Assembly (NCBI RefSeq): GCF_009914755.1 | Contig: NC_060933.1 | Reading direction: 5' to 3' (one strand) | DNA length: 64,000 bases | Source of the DNA: the human T2T-CHM13v2.0 reference genome, Homo sapiens | In this document: in pieces, positions 45,573-61,816 of the stretch | Numbering within the stretch: position 1 is the first letter of the stretch | Layout: every line of letters begins with the position of its first letter | Notes under the pieces: model-generated | Database searches by the model: none | Seen by the model: the letters and a program-made list of their open reading frames with translations, nothing else | Told to the model about the DNA's origin: nothing | Program-made: the position numbers and the translations under genes

Positions 45573-45765
45573 TAAAGTTGCCAGATTTAGCAACAAACAA
45601 ACCAATGAACCAGCACGCCCAGTTAAATTTAAATTTCAGAAAATCAACAAATAATTTTTTAGTATAAGGAGGTTCCAAATCTTGCAGGGGACCCACATAT
45701 ACTAAAATATTATTTATCAAAAATTCAAATTTAACTGGCATCCTGTGTTTCAACTGGCAACCGTA
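45573..45765. mobile_element. MER53 palindromic hAT-type MITE
   Basis: gttgccag...ctggcaac termini; internal arms ccagttaaattt(a)aattt and aaattcaaatttaactgg. Confidence 0.85.
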
Positions 45766-46537
45766 GGTAGGGAGCAGGTACTGTACTGAGAAGCTTTGTG
45801 GGCAGGGATTCTGATGGAGGTCCTCAAGTCCCTTTGCTCGCCCCCCTTTTACCTTTTCTTAAATATCCTCCTCTTCTAACCCTACTTGTAAAACCCTAGG
45901 AAGTTGGTTGTGTGACAGTTGTAAGAAGTAGGAAAGTAGGTCCTGGAGTTGGCAAGTTGAGGCAGATTGAGGCACTATTTTTTTTTTTTTATTGCTTCTC
46001 TGTATTTGACATGGGAGCCTCAGATTCCATTGGTGGTGCCCACTTTCTATTGGCCTGAATAGGCTCCTTGGACTCTCGCTTTGACAAATTCTCTACTTTC
46101 TATAACGGGTCGACTAGCCGAAGTAAAGGCTGGAGATTACAAGTTGGCTAACTGCTCTTGTTGCAGGATACTTGTGTGATTCCTTAAGTCCTACAATTCC
46201 AAGAGGCATCAGTCTCCACTCTGATTATTCTAAACTCTCCTTTATATCATGTCTTAGAGGCTTGAAATTTGAGGTTTGGGGTAACCTGTCCATTTACTTC
46301 CCAGGCAAACTTTTTCTTTGCTTGTTCATAAAAGGGCTATAAAAGGCGTAGTTTACAATTATGTGGTCAATTGAACTTGGTAATTCTGATTTCAAATTTC
46401 CTATAATTTTTCTCTTTCTGTAGTATGGGGTCTATGAAATCCAAAAAGAAATGAAGAACTGACTGGTTTACTAGAGTTTAAATCAAGGAAATCAGGCAAG
46501 ACAGTAAATAAACAATGTAAATTGGCAGTTTGCATAC

Positions 46538-46717
46538 CTCTGCAGTAGCTCTCTGAACCGGACCACAAACCATTGGGTAGACATAAGATGATGCTGCTTC
46601 CCACAAGATCAAATCCAGGGTGACATCGGACCCCACAGGCTGCATTGAAGTGGTTGTTGCAAGTGTTTTGGATAAAGTAACCATTTTCGGGAGGCTTCAG
46701 GGCAGGGCAGTGGACAA
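46538..46717 (-). CDS. SVEP1: SVEP1 exon 5 ([10 protein letters not shown]...SESYCR), sushi/CCP 1
   Basis: Acceptor tgttag, donor G|gtatgc; 180 nt; sushi Cys/Trp pattern. Confidence 0.97.
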
Positions 46718-47559
46718 CTAACATTTACAAAAATAAAATTGAAAAGCAAAGTTAGCCTTTTGTCTATGACATATCCTTTTTTTTTTTTCTTTCAAGGGGG
46801 CATTTATGCATATGTGTCAATTGCCTACAGCATTTCCATTTACCGCATTTGGATTTTCAAGTACATATTTGGAAGAAGAACCCTTATATCTGACTCCTAT
46901 TAGGTACTAACTTCCAATTAAATTTTAAATACAAACTAAATATTATTTGTTAAGCTTTAAAAAATTTATTTTGATATCTATATGGATATGAGATTTTATA
47001 GTTCTTGACCTTTATATGTCATTAGATATTTTCCCTCTTGACTAAGGTAGAATAAAACAAAGAACAAATAAGGCTAGCAAAGTATATTTGCTACAAACCC
47101 CAAGAGCCACAGCTTCTTGCACATGGTATATGCTATTTAAATATTTGTAATTTTTGACATGAATAATACTGAGACCCTTTACTTATAAAAATATATTATT
47201 TCAAAGATAAATGTGACTATCTCCAGAGCCAAGATGAGCTCATTTTTATTCAAATTTGTTGTTAAAATTGTGGCTTTTCTTTTTTTGATTCATTTTAAAT
47301 GTTTTCCAAGTACTAAGCCTTTCTGATTTCAAGGTGATGTTATTCCCAGCATCTCAGTTCCCCTTTCTCTGGAGCAGGATAGAGATATGTTCCGTGATAA
47401 GAATGTTATAAAAGCAAATCATCCCACTCCCCCAAAAAATATGATTAGAGAAAAGAACATTAAAGATCATTCTAAATGAATTAGGTGCAAACACAAGCAC
47501 TATTTCTCTCAGAGAAATCAGCTTTTATATTTCCCATTTTCCAACAGTGGGAGACTCAC

Positions 47560-47718
47560 GTTCACAGGTCTGGCCAGATGCCCTGTATCCCTCTCTGCAG
47601 ACACAGTCTTCAGGGGATGTGCTTCCAGGTGGAGAGGTGTGATTTTCATCAGGACATGGAATGCAACTGCTGATTCCTCCTGGTGAGCCTTCAGGTTTGT
47701 ATGTCCCCGATGGGCAAG
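47560..47718 (-). CDS. SVEP1: SVEP1 coding exon (exon 4; [11 protein letters not shown]...ASGQTCE), ephrin-receptor-like Cys-rich repeat
   Basis: Translation matches SVEP1. Acceptor ccacag, donor C|gtgagt; 159 nt, phase 1-1. Confidence 0.97.
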
Positions 47719-47841
47719 CTGTGGGCAGACAAGCCGGAGAAGTCCATGTTATGTGGCACATCAGCTGGTAGTTAACAAAACATTTGAAATTAATATGGGA
47801 GAGAAAGCCAAACAATAGTTTTCCATAGAAATGGTGATGTA

Positions 47842-48154
<313 letters not shown>

Positions 48155-48760
48155 AGAAATCGTAATATAATTTAAGCAAAGAGAGAAACCAACATTTTTG
48201 TTTTCTAAAGAATGATGTAATTTGTTATTTGCAAGGTATGAAGTGGCCTCTTATGTCCCACAATTAGTTTCAAATACAACACAACACAGCATGAAATGTC
48301 TGGGCTGATTTGTGGGAAAATTCAAAATAGCAATTTATATTAAGTCACCAGGAGGAATCAATGATCCTCAATAGATAAAAAAAACTTTGATAAGTATGAT
48401 GTCCCCTATAGCCCAACTCCCCCATCCTGTGCACCTCATCTCTAGCACTGAGCCCCAGCTCCTCTCTTAGCAAAGGAGAATAACTGCAGATACGCAAAAA
48501 GCACTTAGCCCATTGTTTCTGTTCACAGATCTTGAGAAAGGATGAGGAGAAAGTGAAGAGCTTGAGGGACATAATCCAACCGACAGGAACTAGGCCCTTT
48601 GAAGAAAAAAGAATTAAAGACACTGCTTTTCCCAGGCTCATGGAAAAAAAAGATTAAAAGCAGAATCTAATTGACCTTGCTTCAAATCTTTCCTCTGCAC
48701 AGACAATGTAGCTTTGAATTTGTAACTTAATCCCTCTGGAGTTATGCATCTGTAAAATAA

Positions 48761-49655
<895 letters not shown>

Positions 49656-49693
49656 GTGCTGTGAGTCAAACCCAGGCCCCTTGGATGCTAAAG

Positions 49694-49880
49694 CTAAATC
49701 ATTATAATATACTAAATCATTATAATATACTAAATCATTATAATATACTAAAACTAAAATATAATATACTAAAACTAAATCATATAATAAACTAAAACTA
49801 AAATATAAAATAAAAATATAATATACTAAAACATTATAATAAACTAAAACTAAAACATTACAATATACTAAAAAAATCAT
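49694..49880. repeat. AT-rich minisatellite (18-bp unit ctaaatcattataatata x3, then degenerate)
   Basis: Read directly from sequence. Confidence 0.85.
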
Positions 49881-50788
49881 ATTGAAAGGTGGGATTCATA
49901 ATATGTCATTATTTGAAAAGCCATGCTTCTAAAATTCTTGACTTTGTTTAAAAACAAAAGATACCATTTTCTCATGATATATAGTAGCAAATTCCAGATC
50001 TGGAGAGATTTGTGACTATGAATGAAGGAAACACTTAAAAATAGTAACAATGATATAAGACATGATAAATAATTTAGCATAAAGGAAACACTACTTTGAA
50101 GCACTGTATTAGCGATATTGAACTACTGAATTATTTATATTACTGAATATTAATATTGTAATATTTCTTTCTATAAAATATCAGTAAATATCTGATCAGG
50201 ATCCTCAAAGAGATAAAGGACAACGTGGTTTCCTTTAAACAGGAGTCAGCAGCTGTAGAAGAAAATGATCAAGATAAATAGAGAGATAGAAAAGAAAGTT
50301 TAAAATGTAAATGAAAAATTAGAATTGTCATTGGGCCAGTAAAAAGAAGCCATATAACTCCAGAACAAGAGAATTGAGTAGAAGTAATGGTTGTGATATT
50401 AGTGCAAAGATACATTAATGCAAAGATATGAGAAGTAATGGTTGTGATATTAATGCAGAGATATATTCCTAACCTGGAGCTTTAGTGCAAAAGTACTCAT
50501 TAAGTTCCAGGAAAAATTAACAAAAGTCACATCCAGGATGAAAGAAAAATATTGCAAGCTTATAGGAAAGGAAATTAAGATACTCATAAAGGGGAAAATC
50601 AGATTGATATTTCATTTTTTCTTTGCAAAAACAAATGCCAGGAAAAAACTGAATAAGATACATAGCTTTGTGAAAAAAATTATGAACCCCAAGTTTTATT
50701 ATGTGGGCAAGCTATTGGTAAGTAGGTGGGAAGAGAAAGACATTCGAGGATGTGCATAGCTTAGAAAACAAAGCCATTTTATTTTATG

Positions 50789-51388
<600 letters not shown>

Positions 51389-51752
51389 GCCATACTTCAT
51401 TTACTGAGAAAGAAATTAAAAAAAGATTTCAAGAACGAGAAAAAAAGGTACTTAATTAATAGTTTGAGATTAGAAAACCTGTGGAACATATAGTAAATTG
51501 CTAACTAAAATAATTGTGGAAATGAAAACAAATACTAAAGAAAGTCTAAGAAAGCAAAAGATTCTATTTGGCTTATAAATACATATTTAATATATGAGAC
51601 TTGAAGAAAATTATCTTTATGGTTTTACAAGGTATGTATTCATGAGAGAATTATCAGGCTTTCAGGTTTGTTTATTTTTGCTGATCTACATTTTCTAGTT
51701 TTGTTACAATGAATAGGTATTATGTGGGCAAAACCAAAAGTAAATGAAGTTA

Positions 51753-52056
<304 letters not shown>

Positions 52057-52094
52057 TTATATATAAAAGAGAGTATTGTCTCAAATCATATATT

Positions 52095-52213
52095 TTGTTT
52101 GTTTGTTTGTAGACACCATCTTGCTCTTTAACCAGGCTGCGCTCAAACTCTCAAACCTCCCACCTCAGCCTCCCAAATAGCTAGGACAACAGGCACATAC
52201 CACCATGCCCAGC
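52095..52213 (-). mobile_element. FLAM-like Alu monomer
   Basis: Degraded single arm. Confidence 0.6.
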
Positions 52214-55200
52214 TTCAAATCATAGATTTCATTTCATGGTTATCGGCTCTCTGACCTTGGAGACCACTATGATTTCTCATTCCTCCTCTATCTCCTTCAA
52301 TATCTAAATAAAACTTATGTTCTTTGGTTCTTATTCCCTAAAAATCTTCTACGTTACTTTTATCTTAGATGCGACCTCATCATCTCTCTTCTGGTTTTTA
52401 CAACATCCTCCTTACTAGTCCCTTGGCCTTACCTCTACCCTTCAATCCATTTGTGATGTTGCGACCTGAACAATTTTCAAAACTATAAATTCAGTCAAAT
52501 CATTTTCCACCTAAAGCCTGTACCAACCAGATAAGCCCCTCTCTCTTTAGCCTGGAATATAAAGATATCTTTGATCTGTCTGTAACCTTCCCACCTCTGC
52601 AGCTGCAATGAACCAGCATATCATAAGCTGGTTAGAACCTGCTTCAAGATCAACTAGTGCCTAGTTTTGTACTGTCCCCTTCCCCTGACTCCCACCACAT
52701 TTTTGGGGAGTTTGAGCAATTTACTTCATTTCTCTGTGACTTGGTTTCTTCGTGTGTAATAGTAGTAGTACTTTCCTTGTATATTTTTGTTGTTGTTGTT
52801 AGGATTAATTGAGGTCATGTGAGTAAAGCAACAATGCCTGGCATGTTGTTGGCATTTGGGAAATGTTAGAATAATGTCTCCAACCCTTCATTTTCTCAAC
52901 CATAAAATAGATGATTATACTGCTTTTATAGATTTGTTGTGCCAGATAGATGCTCTGGCGCTTGGTAAATATTACCTTCCTTTCTTTCCCTTTCCTATCT
53001 TCCACTTCTGCATTTCTGCCTTCCTGCTTCTGAGTGAATCTCCAGCATCCTTCAAGACTCTAACTCATTCTTTAAAGGTTCTCTAACTTCTTCAGACAAA
53101 TTTTGTTGCCTTCTCGCGGAACCCATAGAGTACACTACCCATTCCTCTGCACTGGCACACATCACACTCTTTGTAACACACAGGTTTCTCATTCCTTCAG
53201 TGGGAAGTGTGCTCCTGTATATTCAAAGAGTCTTCCAATTACCTGACCTGGCCATTGTCCAGCCAATTGCCTGAGCTGGCAGTCACTCAATCAAAGGAGG
53301 GCAAAAGAAAACAAGCCCTGATGGAGAGTGGAGGGTGGGTTTGGTGTGCAAGGAGAGTAGTAAAGTCAGGAAGACTAACAACAGAATGAAGTGAAGGGAC
53401 AGTAGACTTGGAGTCAAGACAACTGAGTTGCAATCTTGGCTCTTCCACTAACAAGCTATGGGGTCACTGGCAAGTGACTTTTTTTTTCTTTCACTATAAT
53501 ATACAGAAGTTACAAGTAAGGATGTCTATGATCTTTCCAAGGCTAACATAAGATGATTCCATAAATAGAATAATACTAAAAAGCAACTTAAAGAAATCCT
53601 CCATATGAATGGTCAGATTCTGGCTACAGATTTTATAAATTATTTTTTAAAATAATGCTGCATGAAAAGGACCTAATCTTATAGTATTACTCTCCAAAAT
53701 CTTTTAAATAATCAAGAGTTTAAAACACTGGCGAACAGAGTTTTGAATAAAAATACCCAAAAGTACATTTGGAAATGTATTGTGAAATTCATAATGATAA
53801 TGAAAAACAGACTTTAGGAGAACTATTTAAAGGCATTGCACAATTCTAGTGGGAGAGGTGTAATCAACTTCCTTGATTCCCAAGGGGGAAAATTCCTCAT
53901 CCCAAACCAAGCAAAAGTTGAAAAAAATGAAATAAATCTTTGGTTTGAACAAGTTTCACAAGTCTCCGTAAAGGGCTATGAATTGTTTTCCCTTTTTAAT
54001 ATGCGATGTTTCCTTCCTGGAAATGTACCAAATATTATTTCTTAATTGTTCTTTTGTTGTTGTTAAAATAAGCACTTTCTCTTTTCAGAAACATCTTGGC
54101 GGTTATCAGCTACTATTACTGGAAGTGTGAATTCTTGAGGTTATCACGTTGTACTAACATTAGATTTTTCTTCAGCTGACCATGCAATTCTTTGACTGAA
54201 GTAAATAAAAACACCAACCAGTTTGGAATTTGTAAAACACAAAGAAATCTCTACTCTTTCTAATATATCTTACCCGTTAAATATCAATTCCTTAGATGAC
54301 TATTTTACTATTAATAACATATATTAGACAGTGACTTACATTTTACAAAATTTCTCCTCATACATGTCTTAGATTAACTTCTAAAAATCCTGATAAATAT
54401 TAGGAGCCTTTATTTCCTTGCACAATTCATCTTTAAAAGTTAACAAATCACTTTAAAGAGTTTTAGGGCAGTTGCATGAGCTGCATTTAGGCTGTGCACT
54501 CCACAACTTCAAGGGTGCCTGTTTATGTGAATAATAATGGCATCCCCTGGAGTTGTACAACACCAAGCCTCTACTTTCTGCTATAAATAGGTAAGAAACC
54601 AAGCAAAATCTGGGCCCGCATTCTCTTTTCGACTTTATGGATTTGATCTGAATGAGGAATCTGTTCCTACAAAGAGTTGTGCTAAGATTTTGAACATAGG
54701 AATATACTGCTCTAGAACAGAACGTGTTTTCTCCATGTTGAACCAATGTTTTCAAAAATAAGACAAGGACCCAGGTGTGCATATAGGGACTTTCTTTTTA
54801 TGAGGCAGCCAAGATCCTTTCTATTTTCCTCAATGAATTAGACAAGGAGACTTTCAATTGCCCTGAATTCTATACATCTGTACCTCTGTAGAATGCATTA
54901 GCAGCCTGTCGTTCTCCCTGTGACTGGTGGTAGCTCATTTGGCCAGAGTACAGACTATTTGGACAAAGTTGTGAATTTGAAACCTGATGTGGTGCCATGG
55001 CAGGAAATGGCACCCTAACTACAGGATGCCATATTGCAAATGTAAGCACACGCTCAGACTTGCCAGGAGATTAGTGATGGATCAGGACAAGTCTATCAAA
55101 AAACAAAAACCTCAAAGGACTGTGTACAAAAGAGGTTGCATCAGCAAAGTAATTTTTATATGTTGGGGATCAATATATGTGTATGCACACATACACACTC

Positions 55201-58200
55201 AAAAATACACACATATATTCACACATCAATACAACCAGCTGTGTAGAGAACATTTAAATGAATCCTTTGTTGTTGAAAGCTCTGTATTCTTTATTGTCTT
55301 AAAGTGTTTACCATCTGGATGAGAAAGGTGACATCATCCTGATTTTTATAATTAAAATTTCATTGGCAAGTACTTTTAGGAGAGGCCCTCTGGAGATTTT
55401 TTAGAATTATCTTTAACGTTATTTTTCTTTTCTAAAATAGCTAATAACTCAGAATCATGTAAGAAAGAGAAAAAAATTGCTAAACAATTTTGGTTTAACT
55501 ACTCTTTTAATGTTTGACACTTAGGTTGATTCTAATTTTTTACAAACTTGAACAGCTTTTCTCTAAACATTTTTTTCCCTTAAATATTTGATCCATTTTT
55601 TTAAAATTTTCTTAGGCAAAGGAATATTAAATTTTTAAACTCACGAGTCTCTTGTTAAACTACTTTATATTCCCATTATCAAGACTGAAAGTACATGACT
55701 TATTGTACTCTTCATTTTCACTGGGTATTAGCAGTTTTAAAAATTACCAATGGATAATTATTTAAATATGAAGGTCTGTGAACTTCAGTTGCAACAGGGT
55801 TTCAACTTGAACCTAGATTAGATCCATCCCTGGGATTCAGACTTGTGTAGGCCCAACAGAAGTTGATTTGTGTGAAGAATTTGAGAGCCTTCTGGGAGAA
55901 AACTCCATCCATGGTGGGGATAACATTAAAAAAATTACAATTTAGAATGGCATGATTGTTGATCACTTAGATCAGACATCCACTGTAGCAGCAAAGCAAG
56001 GTTCTGCATACCAACTTATCTGCCAGATGTTAACCTTTATAGATGCTGGATTGTGGGATAGGCCAGTGGGCCAGCAAAGGGGGTCAGATCAGCAAAGAGG
56101 CACTCAAGGCACTTGAACAATAGCAATTTACCACCCAGCACATAAGTATTTCAGGATTTTAACAGCTTTTACAACTGTATTGTTGCATACTTGCTGAATG
56201 TCCGCCTGTCCTAAAGAAAGAGAGAATCGGCATATGTCAGCCCTAATGACCCTTGATTTTAGCAGCTAGGAAGGAGGAAAGATTCTGAGTGTAGTTTGGT
56301 GTTTATTGTCAAATGTGTTTCCCTTTGGGTCCTATAAAGAGTGGTAACTTATGAGTAACATTCAGGCTGTAGTTGGCTTTGATATTTTTCTTTCTTCACT
56401 CCTCTACCTCACATTCAATAAGAAATTAGTCTGTAGTCGTTTGGAAATACGGATTATATCAGTTGTTATCCATTTCCATTATTGGTACACTAATTTAAAA
56501 GCCTTTTTATTTTAGGCCTTGATTGTCTCTAACCTCCATACATAGGTTGCCTTTTCTACTTTGCTTCACACTCAGTGACTTTTAGCCACAGGTGCCAAAT
56601 TAAATTCCTATTGTTATACTGCTTTTATCATGCCACTTTTCTGCCCCAAGATCTTCAATCGCTCACTATTGCCAGTTTACCAAAGGCCATGTCTTCAGCC
56701 TGAAATTCAAGTCCCAGTACAATTTAGAATATAGTCCTTACTCTTACTTGTCTTGCCTTGAATCCCACTATATCCATAGATTTTTCCTACCTTCCCACCC
56801 ATGCAAGCTACCTCCAGTCCCCATCACAGGCTTATACTTTTCATTCTCTGCAAGTCGTCTTCATTTCTAACTGTCCAAATCCTATCATTCAAACCAAGTT
56901 GAAATCCTGTCACCCCCACAACTAATGGGAAACATTTTTGAATGCCTATAGCATTTTGTATATGTTTGATGTCATATTACTTTTATTTTCATTCAATCAT
57001 AAAATTCTAAAAAACATTCAATTTACCCACAGGAAGACAGAAAAAAATAAACAGAGAAATAAAAATCAGAGAGAATAAACAGAAAACAAAAAATTAACTG
57101 GCAGACTTAAGCCCTACCATATCAATAATTACATCAAATATAAGTAGTCTAACTATACCAATTAAGTGATAGGGATTAAAAACATGATCCAGCTACAGGC
57201 TGTCTACAAGAAATCACTTAAACATAATATAGGCAAGTTCAAAGTAAAATTATAGAAAAAGATACATTGTGCAAACATTAATGAAAGGAAAGAAGGAATG
57301 TATGTTATATCAGATGAAGCAAGTTGAAGGGGAAATTTATAGTGCTAAATGCGTGCATTAGAAAAGAAGTCTCAAATCGATAATCTAAGTTCCCACCTGA
57401 AGAAGCTTGAAAAAGAAGAGCAAAATAAACCCAAATTAGAGGGAAGGAAATAGTAAATATAAGAGCAGAAATCAATAAAATTAAAAACAGAAAAAAAAGA
57501 AAATATAGAATAAAGATTTTGAAAAGATAATAAAATGATTTAGGAAGACTAATACAGAGAAAAAGAGAGAAGGCACAAATTACCAATATCAGGTAAGCAG
57601 ACTCCATGGACATGGAAAAGATACTATATACTATGCACAGCTCTACTTACATATCTGACAACTCAAATGAAACAGACCAATTCATCAAAAATTATAAACT
57701 ATGATAATTCATACAGTATTAAAAATAATTTGAATAGCCCTATGGTTAAGAAAATTGAATTCATAATTTTAAAATGTCCAAAAAATATCCAGGTCCAAAT
57801 GATTTCAGTGGAGAATTCTGCCAAACATTTGCCAAATATCTACCAAAAAAAATAAGCACCACTTCTACATAATTTCTTCCAAAAAACAGAAGAGAAGGGA
57901 ACATGCCCAAATTCATTTTATCAAGCTAGTGTTACCCTGATACCTAAGTGAGATGCAGAGTATAAATAAACAAAAAACTGCAGAACAACATCTTAGAAAT
58001 ATAGACACAAAAAAATCTTAACAAAATGTTAGCAAATGGAATTCAGCAATATGTAAAAAGAATTATACATCATGATTAAGTCAGGTTTATTGTAGGGAGG
58101 CAAGGCTGGTTCAATATTTGGAAATCAATCAATGTAATCATGTTAACAATATTAACAGGCTAAAGAAGAAAATGCACAAGGTCATGTCAATTGATGAAGA

Positions 58201-58329
58201 AAAATATCTGCAAACAAAATTGTCACCAATTTATGATGAAAACTCTCAGAAAAGTAGTAACAGAAGAGAATTTACTCAACTCAATGAAGAGAAACCTCAA
58301 AATCATACAAATATTATTATTATTATTAC

Positions 58330-58612
58330 TTTTTTTTTTTTTAAGCAGGGTCTCACTCTGTCACCCATGCTGGAGTGCAGTGGCACAATCACAGCTCACT
58401 GCAACCTTAACCTCTCAGGCTCAAGTGACCCTCTTACCTTCGCTGCCCATGTAGCTGGGACTACCTGTGTGCACCACCATGCTTGACTAATTTTTGTACT
58501 TTTTGTAGAGATGGGGTTTTACCATGTTGCTCAGCCTGGTCTCAAACTCCTGGACTCTGGCAATCTGCCTGCCTCAGCTTCCCGAAGTGCTGGGACTTCA
58601 GGTGTGAGCCAC
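58330..58612 (-). mobile_element. AluJ inside the L1M
   Basis: Reverse Alu. Confidence 0.85.
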
Positions 58613-59381
58613 AAATAATATTATTCTTAATAATGAAAGTCCAAATGTTTTCCCCTTATGATTGGAAATAAAGCAATTCTTTTTTAAAACAGTAGTGGAA
58701 CTTCTAACCAGAACAGTAAGGGAAGAAAATGAAATAAAACGTATTCGGATTAGAAAGGAAGAAATACAACTAAACCTATTTATAAGTGATGTGATTCTCC
58801 TTATAAGAAATTTCAAGTACTCTACCAAAAGCAAAAAACCAAAACACTCCTAGAACAGGTAAGTTAAGCAAAGTTGCAGGACACAATGGAAACAAACACA
58901 AATCAATTGTTTCTATGTACTAGCAGTGAACATGTGGACAATGAAATTAAAAATATGTTTACAATTATTTACTATTGCTCAAAAATAATAAAGCAAGCAT
59001 GTACAAAACTTATATACTATACAATGCTGAAAAGGAAATCAAATATCTAAATTAATATATCATGTTTGTGGATTGGAAAGTTCAACATGGTAAAAATGTT
59101 AATTCTTCCATCATTAATATGCAGATATAATACAACTCCGAGGAAAATCCCAAGAAGATTTTTTTAAATGTAGACAATATTCTAAAATTTGTATGGGAAG
59201 GCAAAGAAATTAAAATTAGCTAAGACAATTATAAAGAAGAATACAGTAGAAGGAATTAGTCTACTTGCTTTCAAGACTTATTATACAGCTATAATAATCA
59301 AGACTATGCAGTATTGATAGATCAACAGAACAGAAGAGCAATCCAGAAACAGAGCTACACTAATGTGCCTGGCTGATTTTT

Positions 59382-59506
59382 TTTTTTTACTTTTTTAAAA
59401 AAATTATACTTTAAGTTCTGGGATACATGTGCAGAATGTGCAGGTTTGTTACATAGGTATACGTGTACCATGGTGGCTTGCTGCACCCATCAACCTGTCA
59501 TCTACA
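59382..59506 (-). mobile_element. Very short L1PA 3' insertion
   Basis: ttatactttaagttctgggatacatgtgcag; TSD cctggctgattttt at 59368 and 59507. Confidence 0.85.
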
Positions 59507-61307
59507 CCTGGCTGATTTTTAACCAAAGTGCAAAAACAATTTAACAGAGGAAAGATAGCCTTTTCAAGAAATGGTTTTGAAACAATCAGACATCCGTAAG
59601 TACAATAATTAACCTTGACCTAAATCTCAAACCTTATACAAAAATTAAGTAAAAATATCATGGATTTAAGTATAAAATATAAAACTATAACACTTTTCGA
59701 AACATAGGAGAAAATCTTCAGGAACCAGTATTAGCCAAAGAGTTCTTAGACTTGACACCAAAAGCAGAATTCATAGAAATAAAATTGATAACTGGACTTT
59801 GAACTTAAAAATTTTTGCACTGTAAAAGCCTCTCATAGAAGAACTAAAAAGTCAACCCACAGAATGGAAGAAAATATTTTCAACCTACATATCTGACATA
59901 GGACTAGTATGTAGACTATATAAAGAACTCTCATAACTTAAAAGTAGAAAAACAAAAACAACAATTAGACAATGAACAAAAGACATGAAGAGACAGTTCA
60001 CTGAAGAAAAGATATAGATGGCAAATAAACATATGAAAAGATGTTTAACATCATTAGTCACTGGGGACATGCAAATTAAACCAAAATGTGTCATCACAAC
60101 ACACCTATCAGAATAGCTAAAATGAAAAATAGTGACGACACCAAGTGCTATCAAGGAGGCAGAGAAACTGGATCACTCATACATTTCTGATGGAAATGTA
60201 AAGTAGTTCAGCCACTCTGGAAAACATTTTGGCAAGTTCTTAAACAAAAATATGCAACTACTGTGCAATCCCACAATTACATTCCTGGGCATTTAGCCTA
60301 GTGAATTAAAAACTTATGTTCACATTAAAACCTATACACAAATGTGTATAGCAGCTTTATTCATAAAAGCCAAAACCTGGAAACAATCCAGATGTCCTTC
60401 AACAGGCAAACAGTTAAACTGTGGTACATTTATACTATGAAATACTACTCAGCAATAAAAAGAAATGAATTATTGGTACACACAACCATCTGGAAAAATC
60501 TCTAGAGAATTATGCCATGTGAAAAAAGCCAGGCTCAAAATGTCACATTCTGCATGGCTCCATTTATATAACATTTGTGAAATGACAAAATTATAGAAAT
60601 AGAGAATACATTAGTGGTTACAATAGGTTAAAGGTGGAGGCGGTGGCTATGGGTTGGTGGGAAGTGACTGTGGCTCTAAAAGAGCAACAAAAGGATTATT
60701 GTGGTGGTAGAAATGTTCTGTATTGAAACCATATCGATGTCAATATCCTGTTTGAGATACTGTACTATAATATCTCAAGATGTTACCACTGGGGAAAATG
60801 ATATAGAGGATATCCTTTAAAGTGGGAAAGGATATAGAGGATCTCTGTATATTACTTCTTAAAATTGCATGTGACTCTATAATTATTTCAAAAGAAAAAA
60901 TGTAATAAAAATTTTTTTTTAAAAGCAGAAAACAGGGAAGGAAAATTTCAAGTTATATCCAGAAATATTCAAAGCAGAGAAACTGCATTTTTTAAAGGAT
61001 TTTTATTTTTTCTTTAATGATCGATTCCTAAAAATTAATGAGGTGAATAGTATGTTTAATATTTTGATAAAAATGTAAAAATTGTGCTCCATAAAGGATT
61101 CACTAACTTATACTTCCATCATCATTGTATGAAACTTCCTATTTACCTACATCCTTAATTAGAGGAAAGTATCAATTAATGTTTGCCAATACTATGGCTC
61201 AGAAATATTTTCATTTTAATTTGTATTTGTCCATTATTAGTGAGATTGTGCATATTTACTTATGTTTATTGCCTATTTGTAATATTCTTAAGTGAATTTC
61301 ATAAAAT

Positions 61308-61742
61308 TTTTTTTCAATAGCTTTAGGGGTGCAAGTGGTTTATGTTCCATGGATGAATTGTATAGTGATAAAGTCTAGGGTTTTAATGTACGCATCACTC
61401 AAATGGTATATATCATACACAATTATAAAAAACTACTAGGTAGGTTTTTTTATCCCTCACTCCCCTCCCACTCTCCCCACTTCTGAGTCTCCAATGTCCA
61501 TTATACCATACTGTATGCTTTGGCATACCCACAGCTTAGCTCCCGCTTATAAGTGAGAACATGCAGTATTTGGTTTTCCATTCCTGAGTTACTTCACTTA
61601 GGATAATGGTCTCCAGCTCCATCAAAGTTGCTGCAAAAGACATTATTTCATTCATTTTATGGCTGAATAGTATTCCATGGTGTATGTATATATATATATA
61701 TACACACACACATACACACATATACATATATACATACATACA

Positions 61743-61816
<74 letters not shown>

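Larger units (their letters stand above)
56990..60910 (+). mobile_element. Old L1M (L1MC/MD-like), about 3.9 kb, with nested AluJ and L1PA fragment
   Basis: Degenerate ORF2 peptides; 3' end ggatctctgtatattacttcttaaaattgcatgtgactctataattat. Confidence 0.8.

Noticed and set aside
45573-45765. Calling a miR-1302 gene
   Set aside because: The would-be mature region is diverged and there is no expression evidence
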